Below are positions 1-7,920 of a stretch of 16,839 nucleotides of DNA, piece after piece. A program made the position numbers and the translations under genes. The notes below the pieces were generated by a model. The model was not told the DNA's origin. It made no database searches and worked only from the letters and a program-made list of their open reading frames with translations. Numbering within the stretch: position 1 is the first letter of the stretch; every line of letters starts with the position of its first letter. The DNA is from Candidatus Scalinduaceae bacterium (lineage in GTDB: Bacteria > Planctomycetota > Brocadiia > Brocadiales > Scalinduaceae): NCBI GenBank assembly GCA_046759445.1, contig JBHICG010000072.1, forward strand, positions 1 to 16,839, read 5' to 3'.

Positions 1-6
1 AAACCT

Positions 7-46
7 TTGATAGTCTCACTGGTAAAACCAGTGGCTTACCTATCAA
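7..46 (-). terminator. Stem-loop just downstream of rplQ (putative terminator or REP-like hairpin)
   Basis: Inner perfect inverted repeat CACTGGT(17-23)-AAA-ACCAGTG(27-33) is enclosed by TTGATAG(7-13)/CTATCAA(40-46). It begins 13 nt after the rplQ stop. No clear U-tract is visible before the window ends. Confidence 0.5.
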
Positions 47-59
47 TGAGTTATAAAAT

Positions 60-629
60 CTATTTATTTACTTTTGGCACAGTCACGATAGGTTTTACTT
101 CTTTTTTTTCTTCTTCTTCGACTTCTTCTACCAGTTCAAAAATGGCTTGACGGGCATTGTCTCCCAAACGAATTCCTACTAAGCGAAGTTTCCTCTCCAT
201 GCCTTCCATTTTATATTCCAATTCTGGTATTTCTCCCACACTACTTCCTGAAAAAACACCCAATCTACTTCCCGAGAGTTTTAGTATTCTAGTATAACCA
301 CCATTACGGTTAATGTACCTCTCTGTTATTCCACCAGATTCTCTCCATTTCCCTTCTCCAAATAATTTTTTAACTATATCCTTATTGTTCAATCTTGACA
401 ACACTTGCCTGTAGTAATGAACATACGTAGGTCTGTCTACTTCTTTTTTTGAAATTCCTTTTTTTGCTAATGAAATAATCCTTTCTACAAAAGGTCGAAC
501 ATATTTTGCTTTTTCTATAGTAGTAACTATCCTACCATATGTAAAAAGACTTATGGCCAAATTGCGCCTCAGCGCTTCTCTATGGCTGGTTGTCCTACCC
601 AAGTGTTTTTCATTTTTCTTGTGTCTCAT
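60..629 (-). CDS. rplQ: 50S ribosomal protein L17 (bL17), 189 aa, with internal insertions
   Basis: Motifs MRH..LGRT.SHR.AL.RNL, RIVTT.EKAK, GGYTRILKL and RLGDNA..AIFELV; last gene after rpoA. Start moved from the track's 713 to ATG 629 (MRHKK), preceded by GGAAAGGAAG. Overlaps rpoA by 20 nt. Confidence 0.96.
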   Translation of the reverse strand: MRHKKNEKHLGRTTSHREALRRNLAISLFTYGRIVTTIEKAKYVRPFVERIISLAKKGISKKEVDRPTYVHYYRQVLSRLNNKDIVKKLFGEGKWRESGGITERYINRNGGYTRILKLSGSRLGVFSGSSVGEIPELEYKMEGMERKLRLVGIRLGDNARQAIFELVEEVEEEEKKEVKPIVTVPKVNK

Positions 630-1650
630 AAGATACTTCCTTTCCAACTTGACTTGCATCTTCATCTGTTTTAAATGATAAACCAAACTCAGAAAGTTTT
701 TTCTTAATTTCAAGCAATGTTGTTTTGCCGAAATTTTTTAATTTTAATAACTCTTCTTCTCTGTTATCAATAAGAGCGCCAAGAGTTTTTATATTTGCCA
801 TTTCAAGACAATGAGAGGCTCTAACAGACAAATCAAGTTCAGAAACTAATGCTGATAATTTATTGTCTATTTCATCAATAGAATCTTCTTCTTTTTTTTC
901 TATTTTCTCAAGCAATTTTTCTCCAGTTTGTGGCAACTCACGACCTAGCTCAAAACAATGTATTAATGGATTCAAATGTTTTCTAAAAATTTTTGCAGCC
1001 TCTACCAAGGCCGTCTCTGGTGAAACAACGCCATTTGTCCATATTTCAATAATTAATCTATCGTAATTAGTTCTTCTACCAACCCTAGTTTCTTCAGTAT
1101 GAATTTTGGTCTTACGTATAGGAGAAAAAAAGGCGTCTATTGGAATAACACCTATTTCTTGATTCTCAACTTCATTTTCCTCCATTGTTTTGTAACCTCT
1201 TCCTTTATTTACTTCCATTTCAACATTAAAATTTATATTTTCAGAAACAGTCGCTATATGAAGATCTCCATTAATAATCTCCACATTATTGTCAGTAATA
1301 ATATCCCCTGCTTTAATTTCCCCTTTTTTATTTGACTCAATTTTTATTTTCCCAGGTTTGTCCGAGTGCAATTTCACAATAAGACTTTTAATATTCAAAA
1401 TTAGATCAGTAGTATCTTCTACTATACCTGGAATTGCACTGAATTCATCTTTGATGCCTTCTATTCTGACCGAAGTAACAGCACTTCCTTCTATCGAAGA
1501 AAGCAGAATCCTTTTTAAACTATTCCCTATTGTAATTCCAAAGCCTCGCTCAAAAGGTTCAACAATATATTTCCCATAAGTATTAGTATGTGTGCCTTTT
1601 TCTGCAATAACTCTATTAGGTAGTTCAAAATCCCCCCATCTAATACGCAT
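610..1650 (-). CDS. rpoA: DNA-directed RNA polymerase subunit alpha
   Basis: Motifs EPFERGFGITIGNSLKRILLSS, GRGY and IDAFFSP, plus alpha-CTD LSVRA.HCL..NFGKTTL.EI. ATG at 1650 is preferred over GTG 1656 because AAGGAGGAG (1656-1664) lies 5 nt upstream of it. Confidence 0.98.
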   Translation of the reverse strand: MRIRWGDFELPNRVIAEKGTHTNTYGKYIVEPFERGFGITIGNSLKRILLSSIEGSAVTSVRIEGIKDEFSAIPGIVEDTTDLILNIKSLIVKLHSDKPGKIKIESNKKGEIKAGDIITDNNVEIINGDLHIATVSENINFNVEMEVNKGRGYKTMEENEVENQEIGVIPIDAFFSPIRKTKIHTEETRVGRRTNYDRLIIEIWTNGVVSPETALVEAAKIFRKHLNPLIHCFELGRELPQTGEKLLEKIEKKEEDSIDEIDNKLSALVSELDLSVRASHCLEMANIKTLGALIDNREEELLKLKNFGKTTLLEIKKKLSEFGLSFKTDEDASQVGKEVSYETQEK

Positions 1651-1655
1651 ATACA

Positions 1656-1664
1656 CTCCTCCTT
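1656..1664 (-). promoter_or_regulatory. Shine-Dalgarno site of rpoA (AAGGAGGAG)
   Basis: Plus strand ctcctcctt, 5 nt from the ATG at 1650. Confidence 0.8.
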
Positions 1665-1840
1665 CCGGTGCTTAAAATTCTTTTTGAACAGGCGTTAACA
1701 ACGAAGATCCTTTTTTGGCTAGAATCGATTATCATAAATATAATAAAAACTTTTGACTTGGAAATATACTCAAGAAATGGTACTGCAAATCATCTTTTAT
1801 ACGAACCACATAATTTTTATTTACTTTAAACACATATAGT

Positions 1841-2473
1841 TTATTTCGAACAAAGTTCAACAACAAGCTGTTCTTGTATATTTATTGACACCTCGTCCCT
1901 AACAGGTAGTTGCCGAACACAAACTTCTAATGCATCATCTCTCATTTCTAACCAAAAAGGTAGTTTCTCTTTCTTATTAGAATTCAGATTTAATTTTATC
2001 ATATTTATACTATCTTCTTTATTAATTGGTTTAATTACATCACCTGGCTTAACCAAAAAAGAAGGAATATCAACCTTTCTATTGTTTACTGTTATATGGC
2101 CATGATTAATTATCTGTCTTGCATGACTACGTGAAAAACCGTACCCTACAAGGAACAAAACATTATCAAGCCTTCTTTCCAGTAATAAAAGCAAATTCTC
2201 TCCAGTATTACCCTTTTGCCTTTCTGCTTTAGTAAAATAATTCTTAAACTGCCTCTCAAAGATACCATGAAATCTCTTCAGTTTTTGTTTTTCCCTAAAA
2301 TGTATACCATAGTCAGATAATTTCCTACCTCTCCTTGCTTTTGACTTTTGACCAGGCATGCTTTTCTTTTTGATTATACTACACTTCACCGTTCCACAAC
2401 GGCTACCCTTTAAAAACAGTTTAACACCTTCTCTTCTACATAATTTGCACTTTGGTTCTATATATCTAGCCAT
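1841..2473 (-). CDS. rpsD: 30S ribosomal protein S4 (uS4), zinc-binding four-Cys type
   Basis: MARY..PKCKLCRREG.KLFLKG.RC...KC, LSDYG..F.EKQK, LERRLDNV, ARQ.I.HGHI.VN, C-terminal VVELCSK. Confidence 0.98.
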   Translation of the reverse strand: MARYIEPKCKLCRREGVKLFLKGSRCGTVKCSIIKKKSMPGQKSKARRGRKLSDYGIHFREKQKLKRFHGIFERQFKNYFTKAERQKGNTGENLLLLLERRLDNVLFLVGYGFSRSHARQIINHGHITVNNRKVDIPSFLVKPGDVIKPINKEDSINMIKLNLNSNKKEKLPFWLEMRDDALEVCVRQLPVRDEVSINIQEQLVVELCSK

Positions 2474-2582
2474 GTTACCCCTTATTCAGAAAATCAAAAT
2501 CCATACATATCTGCTATTTTATCTAATAACGTATATACCCACGGACAACCCCGTGACACTTTACTAAGGTAGTAAATTTTGC

Positions 2583-2954
2583 CTAAACTCTCCTTTTTTT
2601 TCTAGGACGGCATCCATTATGAGGTAGCGGAGTAACATCTTCAATAGCTTTAACTAAAAGCCCTGCTTCCTGTAAAGCTGTTATAGCTGATTCTCTTCCA
2701 GGACCTGGACCCTTTACTCTAACCTCAATTTCCTGAACACCAAATTTTAGTGCCTTTTCTGCCGCATTTTTTGCAGCTCTCCGAGCCGCAAAAGGAGTAC
2801 TCTTTCTTGATCCTTTAAAACCAGCCGTTCCGCCACTAGCCCAGCATAATGTTTCTCCATTTATGTCTGCAATAGTTATATATGTATTATTAAAAGTTGC
2901 CTTAATATTTGCAATTGCCTTGGCAATGTTACGCTTTGTCTTTTTTTTCCCCAT
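2583..2954 (-). CDS. rpsK: 30S ribosomal protein S11 (uS11)
   Basis: [46 protein letters not shown]. Confidence 0.99.
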   Translation of the reverse strand: MGKKKTKRNIAKAIANIKATFNNTYITIADINGETLCWASGGTAGFKGSRKSTPFAARRAAKNAAEKALKFGVQEIEVRVKGPGPGRESAITALQEAGLLVKAIEDVTPLPHNGCRPRKKRRV

Positions 2955-3005
2955 TTATAAATCCCCTAACACTTTCAGAAATTAAACTAATTACCCCTGC
3001 AATCA

Positions 3006-3833
3006 TCAAGCATAAGCCATAACATCATTTAAAGAACTTTCTTGAAAAAACTCTTGTAATCTAGAATTTGCATTAAACATATTACTAAGTTGATAGTATC
3101 TTTCCAAATTTCTCTTGTTTTTCCTCTTTATCTTCCTTGCTGATATCAAAACATTCTTTGGTGTTAATTTGGGAGATACAATTTCTAAAAGTTCCACATA
3201 ATATCCATTACCTAAAAGGAATTGTGACCTTAATGCATCTGTTAATATATCCGCAAATTTATATCGTAATAAACCAAACTGAGTCAGATTAACCAAAGGA
3301 TGATGTGCCTTAATTTGAGAACGTAGTTGGCCATGACAACATGGTACGACCATAATATGTTTAGCACCAATTTTAATACCCTTTGCAATAGCCTCATCAG
3401 AAGCCGTATCACATGCGTGTAATGCAATTACTACATCAACCTTCCTGTTTGGAATAAAATCTATAGTTCTTCCATGTCTAAAAACCATATTCTTATAACC
3501 TAAAACAGTACTGATTTTTTCACATCTTTTAATAAGTTTTTCATCGATATCTACACCATAGAAAAAAGTTTTTTTATTAAATTTCTTCTCAAAAATAAAA
3601 TTTAGAACAAATGAAAGATATGATTTGCCACAAGAACATTCTAAAAAAACTATTTCTTTGTCTCTATCAAGTTTTTCTACTATTTTCAAAATTTGCTCGC
3701 AAAAACCAGCAATCTCATTTACTTTTTTTTTCATGTCTTTCTTTAGCAATGCACTCTGCTTATTAACCCCAAAACAATTTACTATATTTTCTTCCTGTTC
3801 AATGATATTTAATATTTCTGTTTTACTCAGCAT
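3006..3833 (-). CDS. Class I SAM-dependent methyltransferase, Methyltransf_32 (PF13679)-like; substrate unknown
   Basis: Intact 275-aa ORF co-oriented with the operon. Motif-I-like FLECSCGKSYLSF, acidic motif II YGVD, and the family motifs ALHACDTASD, VPCCH, TDALR and TPKN. Confidence 0.85.
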   Translation of the reverse strand: MLSKTEILNIIEQEENIVNCFGVNKQSALLKKDMKKKVNEIAGFCEQILKIVEKLDRDKEIVFLECSCGKSYLSFVLNFIFEKKFNKKTFFYGVDIDEKLIKRCEKISTVLGYKNMVFRHGRTIDFIPNRKVDVVIALHACDTASDEAIAKGIKIGAKHIMVVPCCHGQLRSQIKAHHPLVNLTQFGLLRYKFADILTDALRSQFLLGNGYYVELLEIVSPKLTPKNVLISARKIKRKNKRNLERYYQLSNMFNANSRLQEFFQESSLNDVMAYA

Positions 3834-3856
3834 TTTAATTAATTCTACTAATAATT

Positions 3857-4243
3857 TTACCCTTTCATTTCCTTTACGCTCTTCTTTACAGCTACCGTTC
3901 TACGTTTTCCTTTCCTTGTGCGAGCATTAGTTTTTGTTCTCTGCCCCCTTACAGGAAGTCCTAAACGATGACGTAAACCTCTATAACATCCTATATTTCT
4001 TAGTCGTGATACATTCTGTGATTCCTGTCTCCTTAGTCGTCCTTCAATAACGAAATTCTTTTCTAAAAAAGCACCTAACGAACTCAACTCGTCTTCTGAT
4101 ATATCTTTGGCACACATGTTTTCATTGATACCTACAGCTTTTATTGCTTTTTGTGACAATTTTTTACCAATACCATATATATAAGTTAATGCAACTTCAA
4201 TCCTTTTGTCTCCAGGTATATCTATTCCTGCAATTCGTGGCAT
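3857..4243 (-). CDS. rpsM: 30S ribosomal protein S13 (uS13)
   Basis: [45 protein letters not shown]. Confidence 0.99.
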   Translation of the reverse strand: MPRIAGIDIPGDKRIEVALTYIYGIGKKLSQKAIKAVGINENMCAKDISEDELSSLGAFLEKNFVIEGRLRRQESQNVSRLRNIGCYRGLRHRLGLPVRGQRTKTNARTRKGKRRTVAVKKSVKEMKG

Positions 4244-4306
4244 TTAGAATAATCCTTTCAAGAAACTAGAAAATAACTTTATTTTTTTTTAAAAAATTAT
4301 ATATTC

Positions 4307-4423
4307 CTATTTGCCCTGCTTTTGCTTGTGACGAGGGTTAGAACAAATTACACGTACCACTTTCTTGCGTCTTATTATTTTACAATTTTCGCACAACCTC
4401 TTTACAGATGATCTAACCTTCAT
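4307..4423 (-). CDS. rpmJ: 50S ribosomal protein L36 (bL36), zinc-ribbon type, 38 aa
   Basis: Not in the ORF track. Manual translation from ATG 4423 to TAG 4307 gives [38 protein letters not shown]. CxxC..C..H ligands, AAGAGGAAG upstream, canonical position between infA and rpsM. Confidence 0.98.
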   Translation of the reverse strand: MKVRSSVKRLCENCKIIRRKKVVRVICSNPRHKQKQGK

Positions 4424-4435
4424 AAGTCTTCCTCT

Positions 4436-4654
4436 TCAACGCTGACGATAAATTATCCTTCCCTTGCTCAGATCGTAAGGAGACATTTCCACAGTAACTT
4501 TATCTCCAGGTAAAATACGAATATAATGCATCCTCATCTTCCCTGATACATGAGCAAGTACTTCATGACCATTTTCTAACACAACACGAAACATTGCATT
4601 AGGTAAAGCTTCTTTTACTACTGCCTCTACTTTTATGGGTTCTTCCTTGGCCAT
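4436..4654 (-). CDS. infA: Translation initiation factor IF-1
   Basis: 72 aa; [51 protein letters not shown]. Confidence 0.99.
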   Translation of the reverse strand: MAKEEPIKVEAVVKEALPNAMFRVVLENGHEVLAHVSGKMRMHYIRILPGDKVTVEMSPYDLSKGRIIYRQR

Positions 4655-4671
4655 TAGTTGAGTTTCTTTAT

Positions 4672-5424
4672 CTACATTGTAAGAATCTCAGCACCATTCT
4701 CTGTTACAACAACAGTATGTTCAAAGTGTGCAGATAGTTTTCGATCCTTTGTAACTACCGTCCAACTATTATCAAGAACTTCTGTATCATATTTGCCTGC
4801 ACATATCATTGGTTCTATAGCAAGCGTCATCCCCTGCAAGAGCACTTGATCCATTCTTAATAATTCCTTGCTAACAAAATTAGGGATTTGAGGATCTTCG
4901 TGCATTTCTCTACCAATACCATGACCTGTGTAATCCCTTACTACAGAAAAACCCTTGCTCTCAACATAACTTTGTATAGACCTTGACACTTCTGACAATT
5001 TTATATTTGCACACATTATTTTTATTGCTCTATTAAGTGTTGTTTCGCAAACGTCTAATAAACTTTTTGCCTCTTCAGAAATATCTCCAATAGGAATGGT
5101 TATCGCAGCATCTGCATTGTATTTATGATATTCTACCCCTATATCAATGCTCAATATATCTCCTTCGCAAAGTCTTCTTTGTCCCGGAATTCCATGGACA
5201 ATTTCCTCATTTATGGACGTACATATACTTTTTGGATAACCTCTGTACCCTTTAAAAACAGGTGTGCCACCTTTTTGCAACACGTATTTTTCTAATTCAG
5301 TATTTAAATTTTCAGTGGTTCCCTCTTTTTTGGCAATCTCTTTCGCTAATTCGAGGGCACCGGCTACTATTTCCCCTGCCTTTCTCATTAACTCTATTTC
5401 ACGTTTAGACTTACAAACTATCAC
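4672..5424 (-). CDS. map: Type I methionine aminopeptidase
   Basis: GTG start; [13 protein letters not shown] and metal-ligand motifs SIDIG, NADAA, GHGIG..MHEDP, AIEPM, SAHFEHT. Confidence 0.97.
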   Translation of the reverse strand: MIVCKSKREIELMRKAGEIVAGALELAKEIAKKEGTTENLNTELEKYVLQKGGTPVFKGYRGYPKSICTSINEEIVHGIPGQRRLCEGDILSIDIGVEYHKYNADAAITIPIGDISEEAKSLLDVCETTLNRAIKIMCANIKLSEVSRSIQSYVESKGFSVVRDYTGHGIGREMHEDPQIPNFVSKELLRMDQVLLQGMTLAIEPMICAGKYDTEVLDNSWTVVTKDRKLSAHFEHTVVVTENGAEILTM

Positions 5425-5453
5425 ACAGGCTACGCCATTTCCCTTTCATTTCT

Positions 5454-6101
5454 CTAAATTAAACTCAATTCTTTAAGTATCCTATCCTGGATTTCTGAAA
5501 CGTTGTTATTACCGTTTATCTCTGTTAATTTACTATTGTTTCTGTAATAATCAATTAAACCTTCTGTTTGTTCTCGATAAACTCTCAATCTTTCTGATAT
5601 AGTTTTGGGATTATCGTCTTTTCGTTGATAAAGCTCTGAACCACATTTATCACACACTCCGTCCTTTGCAGGAGGTACGAAAATTTCATGATAGTTAGCG
5701 CCACAGGATTTACAAATTCGCCGACCTGCAAGACGCCTAATTATGATATCCTTCTCAGCCGTAAAAGAAAAAACCTTATTTATTTTTTTTCCTAGTTTGT
5801 TTAAAGTCTCATCAAGAATTTTAGCTTGAGACAGATTCCTTGGAAACCCATCTAAAACAAATCCTTCATTACATTGGTCCGTAATGATTTTCCCTACTAC
5901 TACTTTAACTACCAATTTATCCGGAACCAACAAACCCTTTTCAATGTATTCACTTGCTTTTAAACCTATTTCTGTCCTATCCTCAACGGCTTCTCTCAAA
6001 AGATCTCCAGATGAAATATGAGGTATGTTTTTCTTTAAACTAATACTCTCAGCTTGAGTACCTTTACCAACACCAGGAGGCCCTAGGAAAACAAGCCTCA
6101 T
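5454..6101 (-). CDS. adk: Adenylate kinase (long LID, zinc-binding)
   Basis: P-loop GPPGVGKGTQ, HISSGDLLR, LDGFPR, LID CKSC...CDKC, QRKDD. 4-nt overlap with secY. Confidence 0.98.
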   Translation of the reverse strand: MRLVFLGPPGVGKGTQAESISLKKNIPHISSGDLLREAVEDRTEIGLKASEYIEKGLLVPDKLVVKVVVGKIITDQCNEGFVLDGFPRNLSQAKILDETLNKLGKKINKVFSFTAEKDIIIRRLAGRRICKSCGANYHEIFVPPAKDGVCDKCGSELYQRKDDNPKTISERLRVYREQTEGLIDYYRNNSKLTEINGNNNVSEIQDRILKELSLI

Positions 6102-7480
6102 CCCCTTCTTCCTCTTATTCTACTAGTACCTCCTAAGAAACCACCATAATGCCTCATAACTAAATGAGATTCTATTTTTTGCACTAAATCCAAAGCCACT
6201 CCAACTACGATGAGAAGACCTGTTCCACCATAAAAACTAGCAATAGACCTGTTAATTTCAAACCCTCCAGACATTAACATAGGTAGAATTGCAATCACGG
6301 CCAAAAATGACGCTCCTGCAAGTGTAATCCTACTCATCACGCCTTCAAGATATTCAGTCGTCCGATGCCCAGGTCTAATACCCGGAATAAAACTACCGTA
6401 ATCCTTCAAGTTGCTTGACATTTCTTTTGGATTAAATTGTATTGCAGTCCAAAAGTAACAAAAGAACGCAATTAATACTATATACATCATTGCATATGTA
6501 AAACCACCTTGAAACATATCAGTTAACCTAGACGTAAACCAATACCAGAACGTTCCCGGTTCGAATCTGACTTGTAAGCCCCGCGTTATGACAGCAGGAA
6601 AGATAAGCAACGACTGTGCAAAAATTATGGGCATAACTCCCGCTTGGTTCACTCTTAAAGGAAGGAAATGCTTTTGTCCACCGTAAACTTTTCTACCTCT
6701 CGTATGTTTTGCTTGCTGAACTGGAATTCGTCTCTGCCCTTGAGTTATAAAAACAACTCCTGTTACTATTACAACAAATGCACTAAATAATAATAGTAGT
6801 TTTGCAATCCCAATCTCGTGTTCTGCCGGCGCTACTGAAAAAGTAAAATTTTGCAAAACCTGACTTAATGCCCATGGCAACCTATCAACAATACTTACCA
6901 TGATAATCAATGATATCCCGCTGCCAATTCCATGCGCATCAATCTGTTCGCCTATCCACATCAAGAAGATCGTACCCGTTGTTAAGAGTATTGCTGCTGT
7001 AAGCTGAAATTGAATGCCCTGAATGTGTACTGGTACGACAGGAACATTATTGATCTCAATAGCATACAAAGTACGCGTCATTATAAATGCTTGAAATAAA
7101 CACAAAACAACTGTCGTAACCCTTGTATATTGATTAATTTTTTTTCTGCCTACCTCACCTTCTTTCTGCAACTTCTCAAGAAACGGAATAACTCCTACAA
7201 GTAACTGGAAGATTATAGACGCACTAATGTATGGCATAATTCCTAAACCAAAAATTGCTCCTGAACTCATAGCGCCTCCAGCAAATAAATCCACCAAACC
7301 TAATAACTGCCCCACACCCGTCTGTGTAAACTGCTGGAAATAGGTTTTTAGTACTGTTGTATCTACACCCGGCATTGGAATAAAAACACCTAATCTGCAT
7401 AAAGCTATCAACCCCAAGGTTATTAACAACTTCTGCCTTAATTCTGGAATCTTAAACATACTACTAAATTTCTCTATCAT
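6098..7480 (-). CDS. secY: Preprotein translocase subunit SecY
   Basis: LGIMPYISASII.QLL, EGEVGRKKINQYTR, WIGEQI...GIG.GISLII, LPLRVNQAGVMPIIFA, FIPGIRPG, GGTGLLIVVGV. Confidence 0.99.
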   Translation of the reverse strand: MIEKFSSMFKIPELRQKLLITLGLIALCRLGVFIPMPGVDTTVLKTYFQQFTQTGVGQLLGLVDLFAGGAMSSGAIFGLGIMPYISASIIFQLLVGVIPFLEKLQKEGEVGRKKINQYTRVTTVVLCLFQAFIMTRTLYAIEINNVPVVPVHIQGIQFQLTAAILLTTGTIFLMWIGEQIDAHGIGSGISLIIMVSIVDRLPWALSQVLQNFTFSVAPAEHEIGIAKLLLLFSAFVVIVTGVVFITQGQRRIPVQQAKHTRGRKVYGGQKHFLPLRVNQAGVMPIIFAQSLLIFPAVITRGLQVRFEPGTFWYWFTSRLTDMFQGGFTYAMMYIVLIAFFCYFWTAIQFNPKEMSSNLKDYGSFIPGIRPGHRTTEYLEGVMSRITLAGASFLAVIAILPMLMSGGFEINRSIASFYGGTGLLIVVGVALDLVQKIESHLVMRHYGGFLGGTSRIRGRRG

Positions 7481-7920
7481 GGCAGTATTTTTGTTTCTCC
7501 TCCAGCTTCTTTAATCTTCGATATAGCAGTTTTACTAAATTTGTGTGCAACAACCGTAAGCGATTTTTTAAGTTCACCTTTACCTAAAACTTTCAAGCTA
7601 TATTTCGTATTTCTAATTATTCCATTATCTTTCAGCTTTTGTGTATCTATAATTGTTCCAGAATCAAATTGTTCAAGAACTTTAATGTTTACTATTGTAT
7701 ATTTTTTCTTAAACGGATTTCTAAAACCTCTTTTGGGAATCCTACGGAACAACGGCATTTGCCCCCCCTCAAATAATAGGCGTGTTTCTGAACCTGAGCG
7801 AGACTTTGCACCTTTTGTTCCCTTACAACTTGTCTTACCATGTCCAGAACCGCTACCACGGCCGATCCTTTTTCTCTTTTTCCTTTTATGAAAAGAAGCT
7901 TTAGCATATACCAGATTCAT
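7477..7920 (-). CDS. rplO: 50S ribosomal protein L15 (uL15)
   Basis: RIGRGSGSGHGKT, FEGGQMPLFRRIPKRGF, KVLGKGEL, AHKFS..A..KI..AGG. Confidence 0.98.
   Translation of the reverse strand: MNLVYAKASFHKRKKRKRIGRGSGSGHGKTSCKGTKGAKSRSGSETRLLFEGGQMPLFRRIPKRGFRNPFKKKYTIVNIKVLEQFDSGTIIDTQKLKDNGIIRNTKYSLKVLGKGELKKSLTVVAHKFSKTAISKIKEAGGETKILP

Noticed and set aside
630..713. 28-aa N-terminal extension of L17 in the ORF track
   Set aside because: It lies inside rpoA. The canonical MRH start with a purine-rich SD is at 629.
2981..2998. Possible target-site duplication around the methyltransferase (GGGTAA..TTAGT at the rpsM end and after the MTase stop)
   Set aside because: The match is short, gapped and AT-rich. 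GGGGTAA also occurs in the SD regions of rpsD and rpsH, so it does not show an insertion scar.
4278..4300. T-run/A-run pseudo-palindrome in the rpmJ-rpsM spacer, considered as a terminator or alpha-operon leader
   Set aside because: Low-complexity homopolymers with no GC stem; no recognisable promoter or pseudoknot.
7692..7907. 71-aa minus-strand ORF near where rpmD would be expected
   Set aside because: It is an alternative frame wholly inside rplO and has no L30 motifs.
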